Positions 37,946-48,306 of a stretch of DNA of 64,000 nt are shown one piece after another (within the stretch, counting starts at the first letter, position 1; the number at the start of each line of letters is the position of its first letter). The position numbers and the translations under genes were made by a program. Source of the DNA: Chlorokybus atmophyticus (lineage: Eukaryota; Plantae; Mesostigma and Chlorokybus algae); the NCBI GenBank assembly GCA_009103225.1, contig RHPI01001715.1:308701-372700 (forward strand), in the 5' to 3' direction. Under the pieces are notes generated by a model that was not told the origin of the DNA, searched no databases, and worked only from the letters and a program-made list of their open reading frames with translations.

Positions 37946-38557
37946 NGACCAGCACTCCCTTTACCACTCTTTCCAAGTGTGTGAGATGCTCTCACAAAAA
38001 CAGCCACACACTGTCATTAAAGCTTTTTGTACACACACATTGGCACACGCATGCATGCATGCATGCATGCATGCATGCGTGTGCCAATGTGTGCGTACGC
38101 ACGTGCTACAACTTCTGTACGCACGTGCACACGCATGCATGCATTGTCCTTGCTGACTGCTTGTAGTCCTGCTGAGGGCACGACGCATCATTGTTGAGTT
38201 TGTTTGCCTTGCTGTGCTTGCATCAAGTGCTGATTGTTGTTACTGCCCGTCGGCCTAGCGCTACCTGGCTCTGTGCATTTGATTGCTGTTGTCTTAGCCG
38301 CTACTACTTACTACTGCTTGCGCCCTAGCAATGATTTGGCTGCTTACGTGCTCACTACTACCGCTGTGTGGCACTGCACTGCATAGCATAGAGAATCACC
38401 TCATTGTTTTGGCGTGGGCTGCTTGCTAACTGACCTTCTAGTCTGAAGTGCAAGCTATGCTTGCATGCACGCGTACACAAGCACGCATGCATCCATCACA
38501 TCATTTATACTTATCTATATCACCATTACCTAAACTACTTTAACTATACACTCTCAC

Positions 38558-38701
38558 TATGACGCCGTCTCGCCAGCTCATCCGCTCGCCCTTTTTGAGC
38601 CGCCCCCGCAGCGCCCAAAGGCCTTCACAATTGGCCTGGTGCCGCCGCTCCCACCCCACTACCGCCACCTTTGCCTCCGCAGCCGCCTCCACTACTCCCA
38701 T
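38558..38701 (-). pseudogene. Possible decayed first exon of a PDRG1-like (prefoldin-like) gene
   Basis: MGVVEAAAEAKVAVVGWERRHQANCEGLWALRGRL, then a GTGAG donor at 38557. It resembles the PDRG1 pattern E.E..AEEVL..K..IV..D..RN.NREGLRAL. The C and W are TGT and TGG codons, one CpG transition away from Arg. No downstream exons were recognised. Confidence 0.38.
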
Positions 38702-38867
38702 TACACCACACACACACTGCCGCCGCCCCCGCCGCCGCTGACGACAACGACGACGACGACCCCACCGGCAGCAAAGCGATAATGGCGGCAGTGGTAGGGT
38801 TTTGCCGCCCCGCAGGCAGATACAGTAGTGTTGTGTACGTTTCATGTTGCACACCGACGCTTGTTGT

Positions 38868-38939
38868 GTCCGCGTAGTCTAATTGTCAATTATGTGTCTG
38901 CCATGCTGAAGGTCTTGTGTTCGATTCCCGCCTACTCCA
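38868..38939 (+). other. Degenerate tRNA-Gly(GCC)-like sequence (pseudo-tRNA or SINE head)
   Basis: A-box-like TAGTCTAATTG at 38875, loop CTGCCAT, and B-box GTTCGATTC at 38919 (44-nt spacing). The acceptor and anticodon stems do not pair. Confidence 0.55.
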
Positions 38940-38999
38940 TCCGGTAGCAAGAATTGTCCTGTTGACGTTGCCATGGTCTCCGGGCTGTGAACATCACAC

Positions 39000-39850
39000 C
39001 TTCTATTTGCCCTTATTAATGTTCGCGTGCGTAAGCAATTATGCTTAACGGGCATGGATGTTTACGCACGCTGCGTGTGAATGGTCGATCATTCAGATTA
39101 ACCGTGGTTCGCGGCCAAATCAAATAATTGTTTAATAACACACTTCATTGCCAAAAAACGTGAATGTTCGCGTGACCCAATGGAGTCTTTAGCAGCCCCA
39201 TCATGGTTATTATAGTTATGATAATCTTACATGCAATGCACATTCATTAGCAAATGACATAACTATGATTATCACATACGAGTCGGGTGAATGTTCGGGA
39301 TTTAGGGGGGTCGCACAATTATCGGTGAACGCTGTACAGCAGCAGCCAGCTTGGTTACTTGCTGCTCGGACAGCAAGCAGCATGTACGATGCGATCAGCC
39401 AACATCAAGACGAGCACTAGCAGCCAGCTTGCCAGTTCACTCTATCATACCTTCACGATATTGTAGAATACTATTCATAACATAAGTTTATGGTATGAAT
39501 GGCCCTTTTATGGTTTTGGGCGTAAGCAATAAACTCAACAAATTATGTATGCATTACAAGCAAGCTTGAATTCACCATGATTGCGGTTAGTTCATCAAAT
39601 CCTTGTACAAGATTGACGAATTCCTTGAAGATAATCGTCCTACCATATATGCGTTGAAACTGATTAGGATGCCAATCTCAATATACACACACAAACAAAA
39701 CCAACACATACCCTCGACATTCTTTTGCATACACAACCCATGGTTTGTAAACAAAGCGAATAGATAAAAAAAAAATGCGTACGCATGTCAACACGTTCAT
39801 TGAAGCAATTGAGGAGAGGGGCTAGACAAGTTTGTGCTTAGCTACGACCA
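39000..39850. mobile_element. AT-rich block with repeated GTGAATGTTCG and GCGTAAGCAAT motifs; probable TE remnant
   Basis: AATGTTCGCGTG at 39018 and 39163, GTGAATGTTCG at 39160 and 39287, and GCGTAAGCAAT at 39029 and 39520. Confidence 0.33.
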
Positions 39851-39907
39851 CAATAGTAACCTCTACTATTGCTAGACTCTACCACACATCCAACTGAAAT
39901 GACATAA

Positions 39908-39910
<3 letters not shown>

Positions 39911-39948
<38 letters not shown>
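39911..39948. repeat. (AT)n microsatellite
   Basis: About 19 AT units. Confidence 0.97.
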
Positions 39949-39950
<2 letters not shown>

Positions 39951-40797
39951 CATGACATGGCCGTTGACCAAGGCAGGCAAGCAGGGCAAGGAAGGACCAC
40001 TTGCACAGCAGAGGCGTAGCTGACAGCTACTAGCTGTAAGGCCGGTGCTGACAACGACAATGCTGGAGCCGACTAACGAGGCCCCACGCCACACACTGGT
40101 GCTCGGACCTTTATCTCCTACGCACCATAGAAAACAACTGTAGGCAATTTTAGTGCGTTGAAGATTAGGCCCGTTAGTAGCCGTTGCATAGTGAATCATG
40201 TACGGCATAGTTTTCACAAGCTCACACATCATATATTAGCATGATGCTTTGCAGCAATAGCAACAAGCATATCTGGGCAATGACTTGCATGCGTGCAGGT
40301 AAGCTGTTCCCCGCTCTTCTTTACCTCAGCACTCAGACTACTTACCTCAGGTCGATGCTAGCATTCTTCTATGTACATCAGAACGGCGAGGGTATAGGAG
40401 GATATGGGAGGGTGTGTACTGATGTTTAATCCGCAACTGCCGTCAGCGTGTGGCATGCGCCTTGCAGCGGGCGCAAGCGATGGCGATCTTGGAGCGGGGG
40501 GCGGCGGCAGTAGCAGTGCTGCCGGGATGGGGTCTAGTGGCCAGGGCCCTGCGACGACTGAATCGTGGCGCTCGTGTAGCGTAGTGCCGTAGCATACTAT
40601 GCTAGTAGTTGAAATGCGTCTTCGGTTGTGAGTGATGTATGTGCGGATACGCATGGTGGCAGCACTAACAGCCAATACTTGCATAGGGTATAAGTCGTAT
40701 TTCACACTTGCACTATGCACACACATGTCACATACAAGCAAACCAAGTTACAGCAAGCAAACTGGCATGCACAATTACACTACTCCCGGGGCACCAC

Positions 40798-40998
40798 TAT
40801 GCTAAGTGCTCTTATGTGCAATGCAATGTCTTAGGCAGGCGCATCCGCAGCAGGTCAACGTATGAAGCAACCAACGAAGCAACCAACCTGAGGCGCATAT
40901 GCTAAGTGCTCTTATGTGCAATGCAATGACTTAGGCAGGCGCATCCGCAGCAGGTCAACGTATGAAGCAACCAACGAAGCAACCAACCTGAGGCGCAT
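40798..40998. repeat. Tandem duplication, 2 x 100 bp
   Basis: gctaagtgctcttatg... starts at 40801 and 40901 with one mismatch. Each unit contains gaagcaaccaac twice. Confidence 0.95.
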
Positions 40999-41970
40999 GC
41001 CTGTGCACAGGTCGTTGCATGTCAATGATAGCAGAGGGTTGAGTGTTTGATATAAGGTATTTATCATAGGCATGCACAACCACACTTGGTATAATATAAA
41101 GCGCTAGAGTGCAGAGTATGCATATTGAACATCAGTACACAGCAGTGTAGTAGTCATGGATAGCCGTAGCCTGGTGGTGAAGTGGTATGGAGAGTGGCAG
41201 CGGCTGCTGCAGGTGCTGTTTGGTGTGACCATGCAAGTTGCTGTGGGCGTGATCCCTTGCATAGGGTATGAGTTGCACGCACGTGTACCAGTTTACCCTC
41301 TGTGTACACCCAGCATCACAGCCGCGGTGCAGGAGAGGCTGGCCGCATGCATGCCATAGCATGACTAGCGGGGTAGGGGAAGTAGAGGAGAGTAGAGTAG
41401 CTGCGTAGTAAGGTAGCCCGGTGGTGTAATTGATGCTGTGCGTGCGGTGCATGTAAAGGTGTGACTGGCCCAATGCATGTCCTATCCAGGCATGCGCATG
41501 CGTGTCCTGCAGTTTGTGTACATCAAATAGCTAGCCAGCAGCCTGCCTGAATTACAAATCTAGCGAGGGGTGCACTCGCCTCTTTGGTCGGTCTGCAATT
41601 GAAGACTGCATATAGTTCTAAACCTACTACTTGCGTCAAAGGTTGAAGTCGGCAATAATGCCATCTAGATGTTCTGATGCCACAACTGTCTTGTAGAGGC
41701 GGTGTGGCTGATGATCTAAATGTTTTGTGTCACGGCAGGCAGAGGTAATGGCAGCAACAAGTCGTAGTCCTAAGGCAATGCTCACTACAGCATTGAAACA
41801 ACCAATGAGGCACGTTGACGTAAAACTCAATGTTGGCATGGTCAGTGACAGCTGACACAAGCCAGGACGGCAGTGCCAGTAAATGGGTGCCCGCCTGCTC
41901 ACTTGATCAACACTAGTGCATTGAACAAAATAGCCCAACGAAAACCATGCTGACTATCAACAATACGACA

Positions 41971-44900
41971 CTACAGCTCTTGATGTGGTTCAAACAGAGC
42001 GCGCACGGCATCCTCATGCTCTTTCCGGTACCGTTGCAGCTGCGCCGTGTCGCATGCGGCGGGTGTCGCCAACACAGCTGTATACTCGCAGCGGTTGGGT
42101 TCCTCCACGCTGGAAAGTTGGTTGGATGGACCACATTCCAATGCAACCTGTCACCAAGCAGCTAGGGTAAGCACAGGAGTCCAGGACAACCTGCCATGAC
42201 GCCAGTCATCGGAACAGTGCACACTGCGGTAGGCAGTTGGCCTGCAACAGCACAACATGCTGGCCCACAAAACAGCATGCATGAACATCAGGTGTATATG
42301 GTATGAGAGAGATGCAAGTTGGCTAGCTATGAGAGCATGATGTAACAGAAATGACCAGCACGTTGCAACATCATTCACACCCTGCAAAACTGCAGTCACT
42401 CGCATAGAATCGGCAAAGAATAGTTAGGATTAACGAGCACTGTGGCTGATCGGAGTGATACGCACAATTGCGTAAAGACAAGGCCAGGCCTCAGTTGTAA
42501 CATTCAGTCACTTGCCCACATGCATGCGCTGTGGAGCAAAAGTCAACACGCACCTTGAGACTGCGATTCGGCCCATTCCAGCAATGCTCTCCGTTACCGA
42601 ACAGCATCGCAGAGTGGTTGTCGCGCCAGCCCTCCCACTTGCCGAGCCGCGTTTTTGAGCCGCCTGCGACATTGTTCTGACTGGCGTCCTTGAATGGGCA
42701 CACGTCATAGCGGTACCTGCATCAGTGTGAGAAGCACCAATCAGCCAACAAAACGGGCTGCTTGAAGGGCATACACGTACCAACGACAAAAGCAGACACT
42801 GCTGAGGGGGAGGAGACAATACTCACTCGTGTGTTGTGTACTCAAAGCATTGGTTAACAAACGCTAAGAACACGTTGTCGGGACCGCCATCATACGCCAG
42901 CTCGGCTTGCAGCTTCTTCTTGCTGTCCTCCAGTTTTCGCAAAGCGGCCTCCTCACGCTCGTACTCCTTCTTCACCTGCTCTGCCTCCGACAAAGACATG
43001 GGCTCCTCCGGTTTGGAAATAATACTCTTCAAGCCTGTCAGTAGGCTGGATGTCAACTTCCCCATAGTCTCACGAACCTTGTTCACCACTGCACCAACCA
43101 TACATTGTTGGACACGCACTTGAAGTATATATGCAAGGTCTTCCAAACAACTTGGTGTGTACGTATGCGAGCTGTTGTCGCACACTCTGAGTGCGCAAAC
43201 CAGTAGCAGACATCGATAGCCAAACAACAAGTGTGTTGGAAGAAGAAAACCCTTGCCCGCCGACCGGGGGGGGGGTGGGGGGGGGGGGGGGGGGACCCCC
43301 AAGACTTGGTTAGCCAATGAACCAGAAGAATTGCGGCACAAAGGCACTCTTCTTCTGTGTAGCAGAAAGGGCTGAGACTGGAGAGTCTTGTCTGATTTTT
43401 CAACTCATGTTTATAATGAATAAAGTCCATTAACTGTTCGGTTGTGTGTCGCCTGCTTAGCTCAGTTGGTAGAGCAGTAGTTTTGTAAACTATCGGTCAT
43501 CGGTTCAAGTCCGTTAGCAGGCTTANGGCTTAAAGGGGGGGGGGCATGCATCATTGGCAAGCTTGCAAGTATGGGGAGCCATGCTTGCAAGCTTGCCATT
43601 GATGCATGCAGACTGCATATGGTTACCTGTTGGTGTCCGTTCAGGCTCCACAGGCTCTCCAACTCCTTCCCCAAACGTGTCTTCCTCATGATCTGTGTAC
43701 TCGTCGTGATTGTCGTCCAGACCATGCTCGTCGTCGAAATCGTTATCATCCTGCTGCCCCTCCTCATCCTCGTCGTCTTTGGCATACCACGGCGACATGA
43801 TGTCATCCCCCCACTCGGGTTCATCGTCGTCTTGATCGTGAAGGTCGGGTTGATCGGGCTCATGGTCTGCATCATGCGAACAATGTCACCAGCATCAGAG
43901 CTGATATATTGTTAGCAGCAGCGTTGGATGCCAAGTCGCATATGTTTACACACGCGCAAACAGCAAAGTACCCGGTTCCGGTTCTGGTTCATAGGGTGGG
44001 TCAAGGTCATCATCTTCATGGTATGGGTTGCGCTCATCCTGATGCTGACCTTCTTCCTGCTGAACACACTGGCTCGGTGCACGCTTTGTACATTGTGTTG
44101 CACATGATAACAAAGCACCGGCTAAAGCACTGATATACAAACACAAGCAAAGACATTCGGCGCTACATGCGTGATTTCGCAATGCACTCTCACACCTGTT
44201 TACCCAATTCACCAGTCCAGCGGCTTGCCACCATGCGGCCAATCTCATCAGCTGTCATTGGCTTGGCGGGTTCTTCTTCTGCTGGTGGGTGAGGCACAGT
44301 ATGGTCTCTGCACACAATAACAGGAATAGACAACGAAGAACAGACTACATAGAGTGCTGACCAATGATAATGCGGGCAAGCACCATCTGTGTGTTGTGCA
44401 TGAGAAGCCATGTGTTTTTGGTGTGGCATGCCCCATGCACTTACTCGTAGCTCTCGGGACTGTCTTCAATAGGCAGCTCCTGCGGTTCCACAGCCTCTTT
44501 CAGAGAACTGGCATCAGATGTTTCTTCCGAGGCCGGCTCACTCTGCATGGGCTCCTCGGTGGGGGGCTGACTCTCTTCCTGCAGCTTCCTCTCCCGCTCT
44601 TCCCGCTCTCTCTCTTCTCTCTCCACTTGCTCCGCCTTCTCTTTCCTCTCTGATGTCACATGTGTATACTTGATGAGTACTGACTGATGCCACATCTGTG
44701 AGTACTTGATGTAACACACAACTCAACGAATAGTCGCGACAATGTAAGTACGTGTGTCTCTCTTTGTGGGTGCGCAGCGCAGTGCAGCCATTCACATTGC
44801 ATCTGAACTATGGAGCATGCGTAAAGAGTCTGAACTGAGCAATGGTGACTGTGGTCTCGCACCTTTGAGTTGGTTGACGAGTTTGGATTGCTGCTTTACT

Positions 44901-46335
44901 TGAGGGGTCAGCTTGGCAAGCTCATCCGCCCATTTCTCACGCTTCTCTCGCGCCTCGGCCGCCCACTTCTCCCGCGTGTGAACACCCTGCGACCCACACA
45001 CAGCGCAGCGAGCGCAGCAGCCATGTAGGCAAGGGCTAATGCGAGCATGTATGCCTGCCAACCAACCAACAACGCGTGTGCAACCTCAATCTTCAGCGCG
45101 AACCTAATGTTTGTGCAAAGAATGAGAGTGTGAGGGCAATGGCAAGAGCATACCTGCTCGTATGAAGCAACTTTGGCCTTCAGCTCGTCTCGATACGACT
45201 GTCCAAACTGCTGGCAAGTGTTGGTGCAGTGGCCTCGTGCATCGTACTCGTCGCTGGCGTCGCAACAGTCTGGTGTGACATACTGTGTTATACATGGACT
45301 TTGCATCCAAGTTGAGAAACTGAGGATGCATGAAATGTGGGTCAACACACCCAGCATAAAGCCTGAGTGTTAAAATCATGCACGCATGTGTCACAACGAA
45401 GTCACACAGCGCATGCACACGACCAATCTTACCGCAGATGCCGTCATTGACAAAAGATGCGTTCAACACTTTTGGCGTGTAGCCACGGTTGGCACAATAG
45501 AACTTCCCATTCGGACATGCAGACGTTCCTGCTCAAGGGATTGTGAGGGATTGACATACACTACTCTGTACTCCGCCAGCTTCCATGCACAATGCTGGAA
45601 ATGGACAATTGCCTTAACCTGCTGCTTACTGATAGCCCTGCACGTGTACATAATCATGCGCCTGTGTTTAAACTTGTGCTCACGTGGCAAACGGCCTTGC
45701 CATGCATAGCTTGGAGCAGACAGGTAGATTTGTATGCAATCAAGAGTGCACAGAGTTCACGTGTGTGGACGATATTATGACTGAACCACATTGTACCTGG
45801 TTCGTCCGATCCATCATTGCAGTCACAAAAGTCGTCATTCACTTGGTCAGCGGGAATTGATTTTGAGCCGTCTCTGCACCTGAATGTCGTTGAAGATGCG
45901 GTGTAGAATGAGACAACTGCCAGATCATCCCCGTGTCAGCGCACGCACGCACACATGAACACGCAAACAAGGAGAAGGCGAGTATGCACACAGAATTACA
46001 GCAATACGCAGAAGAACTGAGACCGAAAGCCACTTAGACGACAAACACATAGCTTACAGTTGTTCTCAGCAGTCAAACGCAAGCAATGCTTGCGCTTGAC
46101 ACGTTGAGTTTGGAAACACGAAAGAATGCAACATTGCAATGCATGCAATGCACCACACGCACCACATCAATAACTACCCAGCTTTCTCACCGTCAGGAGC
46201 GACGCCATGCAGGCGGTGCGGCGGCACGCCCGCCAGCACCACCTCAGCGTTGCAGAAGAGGACTGCTATGAGGACGGCGATGGCCAGCCACGACCACCGT
46301 CGCAACATGCCGCCCACACCACCGCCCATGACCAT
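41971..46335 (-). CDS. PRKCSH: Glucosidase II beta subunit (PRKCSH / PSL4), about 13 exons
   Basis: Signal peptide, [16 protein letters not shown]|[15 protein letters not shown]...VNDGIC|DCCDASDE, acidic and coiled-coil middle, MRH domain (YRYDVCPF...LGKW...[13 protein letters not shown]|VALECG...VEEPNRCEY...TPAAC), C-terminal HQEL. Confidence 0.96.
43451..43523 (+). tRNA. trnT: tRNA-Thr(UGU) of organellar/bacterial type, inside an intron of the glucosidase II beta gene
   Basis: 73-nt cloverleaf: acceptor GCCTGCT/AGCAGGC plus U73, D stem GCTC/GAGC, anticodon stem GTAGT/ACTAT around TTTGTAA, and T loop TTCAAGT (one T-stem mismatch). Confidence 0.9.
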
Positions 46336-46365
46336 GACTTGGGCCACTATGCTACCGGGACCAGT

Positions 46366-46374
46366 TTAGGGTTT
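46366..46374 (-). promoter_or_regulatory. Telo-box (AAACCCTAA) just upstream of the glucosidase II beta start
   Basis: tttagggtttt on the + strand, ~30 nt upstream of the ATG at 46335. Confidence 0.5.
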
Positions 46375-47439
46375 TGAGCACATTGCCTGTGTTGCTGCCG
46401 AGGCTGTGGCGGCAGCTGCGGCGGCGAGGGGGACGGCGAGGGGGGCGGCCTGGTCATTGAGCAAGAGCGAGACGTCATCACCAACCATTTTGAGGTGAGA
46501 GTCCTATGTGACAAGCAGTTTGTGCGCCGCAAGCTGCTGTAAGGTGCTGCTGCTCCTGTATTTCCTGCACCTGCCGTCGGCTGTAAGAGCGTACTGCGTT
46601 GGTTACGACTGAGTAGGTGCCAGTCGCAATGTTAGCTTTGAGACAGTCATGGGTGAGCACGCGCAGACGTCATGATTGCCAACACACAGCTTACGCAAAA
46701 ACAGCACTTGTGACACATGCCAGCTGTGTACATTGCACAAGAAAGTGTTGTCCGTTCATTATTTTCGTCGAAGACAGTCGCTGCACTTATCCAGCAATCA
46801 ACCAGCTGTCGATTGCACAAGAGCTACATGAACAGTGGCGACAACCCATTGCCAGTTTTCGACTCAACTGCTGGCATTGCAGCTGTTGCCTCTCTTAACG
46901 TTGTTGAAAGGTGGTTTGATGGGCGCGTACAATCAAGCTTTGCAACCGCCACTTGGTTGGTCCATGGTTGTATGGACAGTATCATTGTGCGAGTCCATAT
47001 GTCGCTGAAGCTGTGCAATCCGCCATGCAATCTGTAATGACCATGTCGTTGCTACTCATTGTGATCATGATCATGGTCTGCATCATCGTTATCACGATAA
47101 TAAAGATTATACCACTGTTTTGTTTTTGTGTGCATGTGTTTCCCTGCTTGACCTCATAGCATTTCATCAGTCTTGTCCTTGGCAACCAACTCTAACAGCC
47201 TTTTGGCTAGAAACTCATTCGCGCTCTGCTCAAACATACTTAGCCCACTCTTATTGACTCAATCACAGCCAGTATCATGTTCAGGTGGCAGACTTCATTG
47301 GAGCTGTGTGAGTGTCTGCACACATGATTTACTTAAGATGAAACAACTCCGTTGAAAAGTCTGGCGTGCCATGCGCAACTGCAGAGCTCAACGTCCACAA
47401 GAGGAGACTGAGGGAGAGAGGGCATAGAGTGAACAGACG

Positions 47440-47801
47440 ATGGGCGGCGGAGGGCGGTTTGCTTACCCAAAGGAAATCTGGTCTCCTGCGGGCGGCTGGT
47501 GGGCCGATCCCAAGTACTGGCGCCGCAACACCGCCTTCGCCACCATTGCGCTCATTGCTGCGGCCGTCCCCATCTTCCTCACCTCCGCCAAGCTGGAGGT
47601 AGTTGTTGGTACTGGGGGTTTTGGCATAGGGGTTGCTATGTTGGTCACTTGCGTTATCAGAAGTTTATGTTTATGTTCAAGTGTCTATGGGGTGGTTGTG
47701 GATGAACTCTGTGTGTGGTTACCTTACAGATGAGGCCACTGCAGCCGGCGCATCCAGTCCCCTCACAACTGTGGTGCAAAAACTTTGGCAAGCCTGAGTG
47801 A
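47440..47801 (+). CDS. Small mitochondrial complex I accessory subunit (family of Arabidopsis At4g00585 and fungal MGGG..YPK.VWSPAGGW proteins), 2 exons
   Basis: Exon 47440-47598 gives MGGGGRFAYPKEIWSPAGGWWADPKYWRRNTAFATIALIAAAVPIFLTSAKLE. Exon 47730-47801 gives MRPLQPAHPVPSQLWCKNFGKPE-stop. Confidence 0.85.
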
Positions 47802-48306
47802 GATTAGTACCTGGACCTCACACTCCTTTGCGTCGTTTACATATGCTAGCCTGATTGTCTCCACCTTGCAACTGTTGCAAGCACTACTTGTGGTTTTCAA
47901 TGGTACAAAGTCAGTACAATACCAACATGCTGTGAAGCCAGTCTGTTGTCAGATACCTGCAAACCCATGCCAATAGTTGGTGTGCTTGAAATGCAGCCGT
48001 GCTCATTCTAATGCAGGCACTGTGCTTGATGTGCAGATATGCTGCGACAATGTCTCATTCACAGCATGTTGCATTAGGTCACAAGCACCACCTTGCACTG
48101 GCGTGATTACCGCACTGAGCCATGCAATTACAGCGTGCCTCCAGCAATAAAATAACAGTCGGCCGCATTATCAAACACAAACCTAAGACTGTCAGAAAAC
48201 CCACTCACTCACTCAGACTCAAGGATAAACGAACACCATCACCCGGGATTGCATAAGCCAAAACGAAAACAGAGACACACAAGCCCTTCATTCAATAGCA
48301 CAACTA

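Noticed and set aside
40340-40620. Minus-strand GC-rich exon-like block (IACARCKAHATR*) with a strong GTAAG donor
   Set aside because: It has in-frame stops, no further exons and no family match I can support. The Cys spacing is too short to call a zinc-cluster domain.
32960-41000. Tandem units as a possible CRISPR-like array
   Set aside because: There are only two near-identical long units each, with no repeat-spacer alternation, in a eukaryotic nuclear context.
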